DNA of 64,000 nt from Psammoneis japonica (taxonomy: Eukaryota): assembly GCA_008632985.1 (NCBI GenBank), contig QPGO01000012.1, positions 310,001 to 374,000 of the forward strand, written 5' to 3'. This document shows, one piece after another, positions 36,048 to 47,014 of the stretch; positions within the stretch are counted from its first letter, which is position 1; each line of letters begins with the position of its first letter. The notes beneath the pieces are model-generated. The model made no database searches, was not told where the DNA came from, and saw nothing but the letters and a program-made list of their open reading frames with translations. Position numbers and translations under genes: made by a program.

Positions 36048-38543
36048 TCATTTTTTGGATTCTAAAGCCTTGAGGCGCCTGTTGACTTCCTTCAACTCCG
36101 TCTTAAGCTTGTTGATCTCTTGGTGAGCCGTGTCCGCCCGAGCCTGCGCTGACTTTGCCTCCGTCCCAGCGTTCTCAGCTTTGTCCGTCAAAGTTGTCAC
36201 CGTGGCTTGAAGAGCGGTCACTGCCTTGAATCCAGAGTTTGTTGCCAGAAATTTGACGTGCTCCGAGGCCATTGACGGGTGGTCCCTAAAGTTGTGGGCC
36301 GTGTGCTCCGCCATCACGTCCTGGGAGCGAAAAACCGCCCAGAGGATTTGGCTGCAGACTGCATCCGGATCCGTCCCGGCAATTGAGGTGAAGACTCCCG
36401 ACCGAACCTGATTCAGATCATCAAAAATACGGTGCACCAGCTTTGACGTCAACGACCACGCTTGCTTGTGTGAAAACTTGCTCAACTGGACTAAGTTGTC
36501 GCAGGTTTTGTCCATAAATTGGATCAAACCCCGCACGAAAGACACCGACTTTGACAGCGCATCTCGAACTACCTGACCCTCGAAAGACCCGCCCGGAATC
36601 CTCTGATCGACATCACTCAGAATGTTCCTCTCGACCGCACCAATCCTTTCCATGATGAAGTGTTTGGTGCCGGTCGATCCAGTCGTCCACTGGTCGTGCG
36701 TTCCCACCTTATCCAGGAACGAAGGATGCAAACCCGGTGACTGGGCACCTTTTGCCGACCCCGAATCTAGAATCCTTGGCATGCTGTGCTGGAAGCTGGA
36801 CAGGGTTCTCGCGTCTTCTTCGGTGCTAATTTTCAGGTCCATCTGCTTGGATGAACCCGCCAAGAAGTGATGCAAAGCAGCGGGCTTGATGCCCGCAATC
36901 CTGTCCAACAGCAAGTTAGCATCCGTGAGGCATCCACACGCTCTGGACGAGAAATGTTGGACCATCCAAGCTTGACATTCGCCAAAGGACGACACTCCCA
37001 CCCCCGAGAACTTGATTGCCGATGAGTCCGACTTGGACTTTAACTCGTTCACCGCTTGGCCGATGTCCCGGATCCGATTCTCGAGTGATGCCGAAAGACC
37101 GGTCCCCACACCGCCGCCCAGGCCAGTTGTGCCAGAGACTCCGGAGTTTTCCAGATTCTGGACTCTGCCGACCAGCTGGTTGCACACTCTCAAGACTCCT
37201 GCTCTCAGCGAGTCCATGTCCCGTTTCGCAGCCAACCCAGACATTTGGGCTTGTAGTCCCTGAATGGCTGAGTTGACTTTTAAGGCCAGGTTGTTGGAGC
37301 TGGCCCGAACGTTGCTCTCCACACGAGACAATTCTGTTGAGAAATCATGAGGCAGTCGATCTGACGCCCCGACCGCTGACAAGTTGGCGAGAGTTCCCCA
37401 AATCGTCGGGGCCTCCACGCGCTGGTCCAATTCCGGCGGAGGGGAACCCAGAGAGGCGTCGAGCTGCTCTAACTTTCGACTGAGAACGTTGATGAGGGAA
37501 TCCATCTCCTTGAACTGCGCGCAGGCCCGGTTCCCTAGATCACAAAGCGTGTTGCCCGTCTCCGCAAGGTTGCGTTCAACCGATTGGACCACACGCGCCA
37601 GTGCTGCAGGGCTCTCATTTGCCACGAGGAACTGGGATGGGGTGGTGGAAATCACTGGTTGACAAGGCGAGAATCGCCCGAATGGTGGTCCCGGAAAGCC
37701 TTCATTGTGAGGATCTTTCCTCCTGGCTGGGGTCTTGAAAGCCGCGGCCTCCTCACGCTGTTTTAAGGAAGCACCGAACTGGTCCTCTGTGGGGTGGCGA
37801 GTTTCGCTGTTCTCCAGGACGAGGAACTTTTGGCGCCATCCCGCTGGGGCATCTGTGGTGGCCTCCCACTTCACCGACACTTCCGCCAACACGAACGATC
37901 CGTCCAAAGTAGGTTGGCAAAACGCCGCATCCGGTGTCTTCAAAATCGACACCATGCCACTTGACGGGAGACCTTTCTTGGAACCTTTGTGTTTCACCTT
38001 ACAATCGGTGGATTTCTTGAAACAGAAAGTGGCGCCACCGCCAATGACACCCATGCAATGGGAATTGTCTGTCCCTTCCATCCACACGACACGAAAACGA
38101 GGTGCATCAGACGAAGGAGACGCACCTTCCTCCTTCGTTCCAGACGCACCCCGAGAGGCTCCCTCATCTTTCGACGCAAAGAAATCAATGCGAGGTGCAC
38201 GCTCTTCCGATCCAACGCCTGCCCTCGACAGCAAAGCGTTGAATGCCAAGTCCGGGTTCGGGGAAATGACTTCCCCTAATTCCGCCCGCTCGATGTCCAA
38301 ATGTCCGGTGCCACCGGACATTTCTCCAAGATTTAACCCCCCAAGTGAGGGGTTTAAGTGCTCAACCCCCCCCTGATGACCCACCGCAGACGGCGGGGCC
38401 CGAGAAGCGGGCGACGAGGGAGAGCGAGACGAAAACGGGGAAATGACGTCCGCTTCGAGCGTACGAGCGACGTTGATGAAGGCGCCGTCATCGATGCCGG
38501 AGGAGAAGTAATCAGACATGAGCAAGAGAAAGAGAGGGAGCAA
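36048..38543 (-). CDS. gag-like ORF1 of the YR retrotransposon (831 aa, open but hypermutated)
   Basis: First ORF after repeat A1; C..C..C..H cluster (HCMG..FCFK..DCKVKH) and coiled-coil segments; one Tyr in 831 aa. Confidence 0.7.
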   Translation of the reverse strand: MLPLFLLLMSDYFSSGIDDGAFINVARTLEADVISPFSSRSPSSPASRAPPSAVGHQGGVEHLNPSLGGLNLGEMSGGTGHLDIERAELGEVISPNPDLAFNALLSRAGVGSEERAPRIDFFASKDEGASRGASGTKEEGASPSSDAPRFRVVWMEGTDNSHCMGVIGGGATFCFKKSTDCKVKHKGSKKGLPSSGMVSILKTPDAAFCQPTLDGSFVLAEVSVKWEATTDAPAGWRQKFLVLENSETRHPTEDQFGASLKQREEAAAFKTPARRKDPHNEGFPGPPFGRFSPCQPVISTTPSQFLVANESPAALARVVQSVERNLAETGNTLCDLGNRACAQFKEMDSLINVLSRKLEQLDASLGSPPPELDQRVEAPTIWGTLANLSAVGASDRLPHDFSTELSRVESNVRASSNNLALKVNSAIQGLQAQMSGLAAKRDMDSLRAGVLRVCNQLVGRVQNLENSGVSGTTGLGGGVGTGLSASLENRIRDIGQAVNELKSKSDSSAIKFSGVGVSSFGECQAWMVQHFSSRACGCLTDANLLLDRIAGIKPAALHHFLAGSSKQMDLKISTEEDARTLSSFQHSMPRILDSGSAKGAQSPGLHPSFLDKVGTHDQWTTGSTGTKHFIMERIGAVERNILSDVDQRIPGGSFEGQVVRDALSKSVSFVRGLIQFMDKTCDNLVQLSKFSHKQAWSLTSKLVHRIFDDLNQVRSGVFTSIAGTDPDAVCSQILWAVFRSQDVMAEHTAHNFRDHPSMASEHVKFLATNSGFKAVTALQATVTTLTDKAENAGTEAKSAQARADTAHQEINKLKTELKEVNRRLKALESKK

Positions 38544-40516
38544 AAAGAAGCTTTTCCACTGCTTTGATGTGATCCAGTCACGTTGATCAGGGTTCCTGTC
38601 TCAACAAAGAATGGAAAAGTGACAAGAAGAAAACCGATGAGTTTGACTGGCCACAATGACCAGGCATCTTGGTCCAGGAGCACCCGCTCCTGGAGAGGGC
38701 ACAAGTCTAAGGTCTTGTCAGTTGGGGAGTCTTGCATCGCACGGTGCATCTCCATCTAAACTTGGGTGCGAGGAGGACGCAATTCCATTTTGATGAGGAA
38801 AAGTGGAAAGCTGCGGTCCATTTTTCTACAAATTTGACAAGGATGCCTGAAGAGGAATCCTCTTGATTCCCTCCATTCAACGAGCAACGAGCAACGAGCG
38901 CCGCCATGAGAAAATCAACACAACCATGAGGCTCAACCGATGCTCGATTTTGCCGCCGAACCTTTTCCTGTCAAAAGCACCAATGCGTGACATGCCACAT
39001 TTTTTTCTCTGACAAGTGAATCAACAAAAAGAGAGGTGAGAGAAATCCAAAAATGGTCAAAAAATCGATTTGGTCAAGCAATGTCAACACCTGACCAAAG
39101 TGCGTGCCGTTTCGCACCAAATCGCTTTTGCACCCACAGGATCGTCATAAAGAGTTGCACTTTTGACACCATCATGTCTGCTGTCATCGAATTGCAGGTG
39201 GGGTGCACCAAAGAATGACTTTTGGTGGCAGTTTCATCGAGCAATTTCGAAATGTCTGAGAAGGAAGAAAGACCTCGTGTCTCATCTGAGCAACATGCCA
39301 TCATCCAAATGGCACTTTTGTGAGACAGAACTGAGCCGCCTGAACCATGACATCTCGCAAAAACAAAGCCAGAATGTTGTGCAGTGTTGGCACTAGAAGA
39401 GGTGTGCACATGAAGTGTGCGCAGCACTGCACACAATGTGCAAGTCAAATCAGAACTTGCTTGTGACCCTCGTCATGCAGTGCATTCTTTTTCACCCTGC
39501 TCACACAAGTGTTGTTGTGTGTTGTTCCCAGAATCACACACAGAATGAACAAATGGATTCATGACAAGGAACGAATTGACACAGCTGGGCAATTTTGATG
39601 GGGACGGCACGGGAGCATGCAGCAGCAGCACAGTCTGACGCCTCAAACGCCAGTCAACCCATGCTCGACAGCAATGCCCTGGAGATGACTCATTGACATT
39701 TGCATGCAAGAGAGGCAACAACACATGCAAGACGTGTGGCAATCGCCAATGGCAATGTCATGTGAGCAATGCATTCCTGGTCAGACCAAATCAAAATGGG
39801 GTGTTGTGCAATTGTTAAAATCGCAATGGTGTGCACTGTGGCATCTGTGAGAAAAGTGCAAAAAGGTGACCGCAATTGCTGGCCAACCAAGTCTCTCACA
39901 CTTTTCCTTTTGTCAGCACTGGCAGGTTTTGGCAAAAGTGCCTGTTGTCATGCTGCACAACAGCGCTGTGTGGCTCCAACCGGTGCAAGGCATCAAAGAG
40001 TGCATGTTCCAAACACTTTTGTTGAGACCTTTTGGTGTGATGTGTGATTTGATGCAAGAGACTTGATTTCTGTCAAGGATGTCATAGAAGAGCTCAAACT
40101 TGGGCCAATTGGATCACTGATGATTGCACGAACATCTTCTAGAGCACTTCGAGTGGTTGCAGGATCATTTGGACGATTTTTTGGATGACGATGAGTTCTG
40201 GACTGCAGAGGAGCGTGCCAACTTTACACTCACGTGACAGTCATGATTTGCATGAGAATGTGGAGCTTTGCACCCAGCATGGTCAGCATCTTTTGCAGTC
40301 AACCCAACCTTCATGTGAGGACAGTCAACTGCACTGTCAAGCATGGAGAGGACCATGAGAAGCAGGGGGCAACGAGTTTGGATCGGCAGCAGTTTTGGGC
40401 TGCACTTGGAAAGGTGACACATCTAGATTTCCCTCTTTCCAAAATGCAGTGCTTGAACAATTGTTGGGAGCTGCTTGTCACTGAGTTTCCACAGTCTGCT
40501 GTGTTGATCCCTGACA

Positions 40517-40835
40517 AAAATTGAAGATGACTGGGTGGAAGAAAACAATGACTCCTTGCTGCTGTCTAAACAGCAGATGAGTCTCCGTGCAGAGACCAGT
40601 GCAGGAGCTGAAAGACTGGTGTTGTGATGTTGGTGCTGCTGTTGTTGTTCTTGTGAGCAGTGTGGTTTGAAAGCAGAAATTGAAGATGACTGGGTGGAAG
40701 AAAACAGTGACTCCCCACTGCTGTCTAAATGGCAGATGAGTCTCTGTGCAGAGACCGTCACAGGAGCCGAAAGGCTGGTGTCGTGACATTGGCACTGCTG
40801 TTGTTGTTCTTGTGAGAAGTGTGGCTCAAAAGCAA
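40517..40835. repeat. Two tandem ~160-bp repeats
   Basis: aaattgaagatgactgggtggaagaaaaca...ttgttgttcttgtgag occurs at ~40518 and ~40677. Confidence 0.85.
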
Positions 40836-40899
40836 ACTACATTGCACAGCGCACACAGAACCAAGAGCACACACAATCATGTGTGATGAACTAAAATCT

Positions 40900-42010
40900 T
40901 GTTCAAATCCTGTCACTCCCCAGCTTGCTTGTGGGGTCAACAGCGACAGATTCAAAGTCAGATTGGTTGAAAGCCTCGGGATCAAAGTTCCAAAACATTA
41001 GAGGATGAAGGAGGTTCCAGACTTGGGAGCAACTCCAATGCTTGCTGAGGATGTCAGCCAGGTTGCGGGACCCTTTGATGAAATGAAATCCCCAAACATG
41101 CAACGTGTTTCACAAATGGGGATGCCAAGGCAACGCAAATTGATGCACAGGTCAACATTCTGCTCAACGCACGTCCTTGCGGCAACAAACTTGGGTCCAC
41201 ATGTGGCAGTCTCGACTGCAGCTTGTTTCTCAGAGAACCAATCAGCTGGAAACTTGTTGAGGAAATGGAAGATGCCAGTGACAGAGCGTCCAGTGAGCAT
41301 GCAATGGAGCAAGTTCGCATTGACACAGTGTGTTGTGGTGACGAACTTGCCAAGTGGCTCAGGCGCATCTTGCAGGAGCAGCTCTTCCACCTCCCCATGC
41401 ACAGACTGGGCCCAGTCATGCACGGGCTTGGGAAGGTCTGAATGGTCGGGCTCCTTGGTGTGCACTCGGAGGGCACCATGACGCATCTTGGAGAGGAATC
41501 TGCGGACATGTTTGGCGTGGTCCAGGTGGCCCTGGCGGGGTGCTGCACGGAAGCCAGACAGAGTCATGACAGCCACAGCTTTGAGACAGGCATTCCCAAT
41601 GTTGGTGGTCCAAGTCTCTAGTTCATTGAGTTTGGCTGGGAAGATCATCATTCACAGGCCACGAAGAGACACTGCTCTGGAACAGACACTGTCAACGGGC
41701 ACATCTGTGAGGTGTCCATTGGCAACAAGCCTTGCTTTGTGCCATCCGTCATGTTTGACATCACAGACAAGATGCACCCAGATCTTCTTGTGCCCCAATG
41801 GGGCACTGGAATCTTTGCAATGTCCGCAGTTGTGGAAGACCTTGCACTCATCAAGCTGAGTCATCTTGATGTCCGTTGCGTCTCCCCACTTGCGGTTGCC
41901 ATTGCACTCATCGAGGGCCAAGGCATGCTTGTGGTCCCACAGCACTTCATGCCCGCAGCAACAGCCTGAAGCATTCTTGACTGCAATTTGCACTCTAGAA
42001 GAGTGGCTGT
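40900..42010 (-). pseudogene. Degenerate Copia RT/RNase H fragment with the RT core deleted
   Basis: KKIWVHLVCDVKHDGWHKARLVANGH; IGNACLKA joined directly to VMTLSGFRAAPRQGH (YVDD region missing); VNANLLH..TGRSVTGI..VETATCG; NLADILSKHW. Confidence 0.85.
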
Positions 42011-42139
42011 CCTCATGCTTGACAACATTCAGCAGGCAGGAACAGGCTCTGTTTCTCTGATTGAAGCAATGCCAGAGGATTCTCAAAAGCAAATGATGCA
42101 TCAAAAGTTGTTGTTTGTGAGTGTGCATCATCCTTTTCA

Positions 42140-45100
42140 GAAAATGCTCCCAGCTGGTTAATTTCAGCAAGAAAACAAAACATGCTCACCAAGCTTGGCA
42201 GTCTGTTGCTGGAGGATTTGGTTCTTTTACGCCTCAAAGCTCTTTTGATGAGATGAAAATGAGGTCAGAGAAGTGGCACATGTCACACACAAAAAGACTG
42301 GAGGCAATGCTTTTTTTGTGGTCCAGTTTTTGAGGACATTGGCACAGCAAGAATTTGTTTTCTGCTTGACAGTTTCCATCATCGCTGGAAGTGGCACATG
42401 GGCCAAATCATTTCAGAGACAGACATTTCTGCCAACGTTCTTCAGTTTGTTTCAAAAAGATCCAGACTTTGCCTCATGATCAACAGGTTGTGCTGGAGAA
42501 TGCTGCCTGCCTTGGGCTCTCCCAGCTTGACTCATTCACCATCATGGCGGCATTGTTGCCCTTGCCTGTCCACACAGCAGATGCAAGCACAACTGAAATT
42601 GTGAGTGCCAAAGACTTGAATGAGACTCTTGATGCTGTGGCCACATGTGGGTTCTTGGAAAAGACCCATCCTGGAATGACCAAGTTTGCCATCACCAAAT
42701 TTGCAAAGCTTCTCACTCAATGCTCCCTGACTGCAAGAGTCAACAAGTCTTGCACCTGGCAATTGGAGGGAAATTGAGGATGCTTTTGGTGGGAATGTCA
42801 CAAGCATCAATGCTTCAAGAGACAGCCTCCTCTTCCAGATGGCAAGCCAGCCAATTCTTGGCTCATCATTGAGCTTTGCACACCAGGCAACTCTTTCAAT
42901 GGGATTGCTGTTGCACTGGGGGCTGATTGTGCACCAGACAACCCCAAAAACACTTGAAACTTGAAACAGTCAATGAATGACATCAGGAGGTGCACTGGGG
43001 GCATTGGAATGACTGCAAGTGTGCACAGTTTTATGAAACAGGGGCAAGTTTCTTCCAGACAGTGGCAAACCTGACTCAAGAAGATGCAAAGGAGTCAGAT
43101 GGTTCCACCTTTAAAGGTGAGTTTTCAGATCAGAAGACATGTGATGCAGAATGAAGCAACAATTTTACACCATGACAAAACAAGTGCAAATGCTTTGTTT
43201 GTGTTGAGCAATTGTTGCGCACATCTTCAACATGCTTCCAAGCCAATCCCCTGCATTCATGATTGTCTGCTTCTCTGCAAAATGCTTTGCAGTCAATGTG
43301 CCAGGGACTCACAGCCTTTGCACTTGCAAAATCAACTGGCAAATGAAAATGCCAAAGAGAAGGTCAGCATGTCATTGGTGTCATGGAGAATTGGAAAAAG
43401 GGAAATGTGAACTGCCACTCCAAGTTGCTGTTGTTGTGGGCAGAGCAGTTGTCGTGCGCCAACAAGATGGACTTGAGAGTTGTCATGAAGGCACATGATG
43501 ATGCCTTGACAGTTGCAGCAAACCTGGGACTTGCAAACAACCAGGCAATCACTGCCAAAAGGGCCAGAGCATCTGCTGCATTGATCTGAATGACACAGAA
43601 CACAATTCTGTGGCAGCCACCCACCAAAAACACTTGCGTGTGTTTCTGCATGCGCTCCTGCACTGATGTCACCCTTCTCAGATGGCATTTTGCTGATGGG
43701 TCTCCCAAGACCATTCTGGCCATTTCAATCAATGGCACACCCTTGTTTCAGCACAACAAGCAATGTTTCTAAGTGGAAAATGACTGGTGTTGACTCCTCA
43801 TGGTTCACATGCTCGTTGATTTTTTTTGCAATTTTCTGCAGACTCAAGAAATTTTCTGCGTGGATTCCAGTGTAAATTCTGTGCGCAACAGCAACAACCG
43901 CCAATGACTGCTGCATCAACACTCTGAATTGGTTGCACCCATGCCCATCGGTCCTCAACAACCTTCTTTGTCTCCATCTGCCAATCAAGTGCTTCGCTCC
44001 ATTTGGTGAAAGTGCCTCCTCTGTTGCGGCACTGACAAGTGTGAAAGTGAGTCGTCTCCCTGTGGTGCCAAGCAATGGTCATCCTTTTGCTGTGCATGTC
44101 AGAAGCCTGTGCAAGATCTGGCATGGTTTCTACACGAGATGATTGTTTTTTCAGATGACCAACAAGGTCCATCTGCATGGCTTCTTGTTTCACATCTGCA
44201 AGTCCTGTGCCACCTTGCTTCTGTCTGCTGGCCAATCAAGCTCACTGCTCTAAGTGGCGACCTCACTGTTCTTGCTGCAGTTCCTCAAGGTGTGCAAACA
44301 ATGAGATGTCTCATGATGCCAGTTGGTGTCTGTCACTCAAGTGAATTCCAGGGTCCCTTTTGGCTTCCTTTGTGGCTCCTGCTGATTTTTTTCTCAAACG
44401 CAACTGTCCTCTGTGGTTGCGGTGGAACCAACATGCGCATCACCAGCAAGACTGCAGCAAACTTCAAGTGGCACATTCTCTGTTTCAGCTGCTTCCACCA
44501 GGCATCTCATTCTGGAGGTGCCAAATCTGGCCAATTGCACGAACTTCTGTCACACCAATGGCACAGCATGCACTGGAAGTGTGGGTCAGCTGGCATTGGT
44601 GTTGCTGGGCAAAGGCGCGGTGGCACTTAAAATCAGGTTTGGTTTTCTTTTTCAATGACACAGAACAACTTGAGTCACACTGTCTGGTGCTTTCCTGAGA
44701 TTTGTTCCTGGAGTGCCATTGTCTGGTGTGTCAGTGAACTTTCCAAGTGCTGTCGGCTCTGACAAACAGCTTCTGAGCATCCCCACAGTTGACAACAAGA
44801 GTGCTAAAGAGCAGATCTTGCCTTGCTTGAGACTGTTGAAAATGACATCAATGACAGGTTCAGGCCACAATGCACATCATCCACTTGTTCTTCTTCATGG
44901 TGTTCCCAACTCTGTCAAGCAAAGCACCCCAAAATCAAGAATCTCACTCTTTGGTTGTTGGGGAATTGTGCTTGGTTGCTTTGGCCACTTTTGCAGAAGC
45001 TTGCTGGCACGGGGGATGCCAAGTGTGAAGATGGCTGAACATGGCATTGGTTGTGTCTTTGATGTCCTTGGGACTTTTTTGCACCATGCCGTGCTTGTGC

Positions 45101-45590
45101 ACTTGCAGTTGCCACACAATGAAAGCCCAGAGCCTCTTGCCTGAAGCACCCGGCATTTTGAGGGTGGTGAATGGCTTGAAATCTACTTTGTGTGTGCACC
45201 CATCTGTCTTTGGTGGTCACATTTTCTTTGTTGTCTTGACTTGAAACCATCAATGAATGACATCACAGGAGGTGTGCTGAGGGCATTGAAATGACTGCAA
45301 GTGCGTGCAGTTTTATGAAATGGGAGCAAGTTTCTTCCAGACAGTGGCAAACCTGACTCAAGAAGATGCAAAAGAGCCTGTTGTGGGCAGACCAGTTGTC
45401 ATGTGCCAACAAGATGGACTTGAGAGTCATCATGAAGGCACATGATGACACCACAATGGCTTCAGCAAGACAGTGGCTCTTGAACAACCAGGCAATCACT
45501 GCTGAAAGGGCAAGCATCTGCTGCATTGATGTGAGCAACACAGAACTGAGTCACACTGTCTGGCACTTTCCCAAAATTTGTTCCTAGAGT
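42140..45590. pseudogene. Scrambled relics of a STAND/AAA-ATPase-type gene (plus-strand piece ~42140-42800; duplicated minus-strand pieces further right)
   Basis: HKKTGGNAFFVVQFL, KIQTLPHDQQVVLENAACLG, KFAHHQI (cf. F.HD.I), LHLAIG are typical post-NTPase STAND motifs; 42955-43085 ~ 45240-45370 and 43430-43610 ~ 45378-45545. Confidence 0.6.
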
Positions 45591-46586
45591 GAGGTGCTTT
45601 AGCAAAAGTCACTCAGCCTGAAACAAAGTGTGACGAGCTCTTGTCAGGGAAGAAAGGATCAGCTTTGCATGGCTGAAAGCTCATGGCCAACACCAAGCTG
45701 CAGAAACTCTCTGCTGCAACTCACAAAGCTCTTTGCATGAGCACCACAAAGTCGTGACATGCGCCTTGTCAGAACAGGGTCAACTGCAACACTGCAATGT
45801 CGGCTGGGCTGCTGACTCCTCTTCTCATGATGCAAGGTTCTCCTTTCAAATGACCCTCAAGCATCAGTGCTGGGAGGATGTTTCCAGTGTGCAGGTGCTT
45901 TGGACGTGCCAAGTTTTCTTGAGAGCCAACTGCATGGTTGAGATTGAGGAATCAATGATGGATTTCCATCATTTGCCTGCGCACAAGCCAACTGCGGTGG
46001 ATCACATGCATGCTGTGCAGGGATGGCAAAGCAACACCATTGCTTTGCAGTGCTTGCTCATTTGAGTTTGTTTTCTGCCTGTTCCATTGAAGCAAAGCAG
46101 TGCCAGGTTTCAAGAAAGAAGTTTGACAACATGTTTAATTGTCAGATTTTTGGCAGTCTTGCACCATGATTCTGTCGAGTTTGGCGGTGCGTCGACTGTT
46201 TTGAACCGTCTTTGCCTGCCGAAGACACTTTGTTGATGCATCCTCCGACTCGCACATTTAATCACGTGCAGACAGGTGGCCACATGGCCGCTGTGCTGGA
46301 CTCATCTGTTTAGGTTGAGCGCATTTTGCAGATGAATTGTGACAGCATCATCACACTTTCTTCTGCTGCCTTTGCTTTCATTCCCCTCTGCTCCAGAGCT
46401 GCTTCTAGCATCGGAACGGAGGACGCCCAACAAAGACCCCCTGGCAAACGATCATGTCTCGACAAGCGGCCCTGACAGAGGTGGTCACGAGGCAAGTTTG
46501 GCGGAAGCCACAGGAGCACCAGGTTCATGCACCGTTGATGCATGCTGCGACAGTGGACTTAATTTTCGAGTGACGAACAGTCAAAA

Positions 46587-47014
46587 CAGCGTCACAAAAT
46601 CGTTGACTTTCTCCCAACAATCACAGATTGCAACCATCGATTGCGCGCGGCTTCGCAGCAATCGAAAGATCGCAGTGCGCGCGCGCTTGCCACGTGTGAC
46701 AATCGATTGCAATCGCGATCGCGATTGGCCACCGCGCGGAATTCGCGCGCCCCACGCAGGGGCGCCCTCTGCGCAAGAATGCATTTTTCGTGAATGTGTG
46801 CCACGTTTCGGTCAATTTTTAGTCCCGTGCAGGATGAAAATCCCGATTCACAACTAAATTTTAGACACGAATCGATCGCGATCGATCGCGAACATGATTG
46901 CGATCTTTGTGACCAGCGCCAGACAAACAATCAGCAGATTGCAATCGTTTCGATCGCGATCCGCAATCGAATTGCAAACAAGATTGCAACCGAGTTGGCG
47001 ATTTTACAACGCTG
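46587..47014. mobile_element. hAT-type MITE (428 bp) inserted in the 3' end of kinase copy 4
   Basis: 8-bp TSD AGTCAAAA (46579-46586, 47015-47022); TIRs cagcgtcacaaaatcg / cgattttacaacgctg; many internal CGATCG/GCGAT motifs. Confidence 0.92.

Larger units (their letters stand above)
29658..38777 (-). mobile_element. Complete tyrosine-recombinase retrotransposon (DIRS order, split-direct-repeat PAT/Ngaro-type), ~9.1 kb
   Basis: Minus-strand layout A1(38540-38777)-gag-RT/RH-YR-B1(30355-30798)-A2(30121-30358)-B2(29658-30101); AGGA shared at both termini and at the A2/B1 junction; no separate TSD. Confidence 0.92.

Noticed and set aside
38800..40500. Possible further TE or gene relic
   Set aside because: TpA-depleted, but only a weak RDLISVKDVIEEL resemblance to Copia RNase H; not enough to call.
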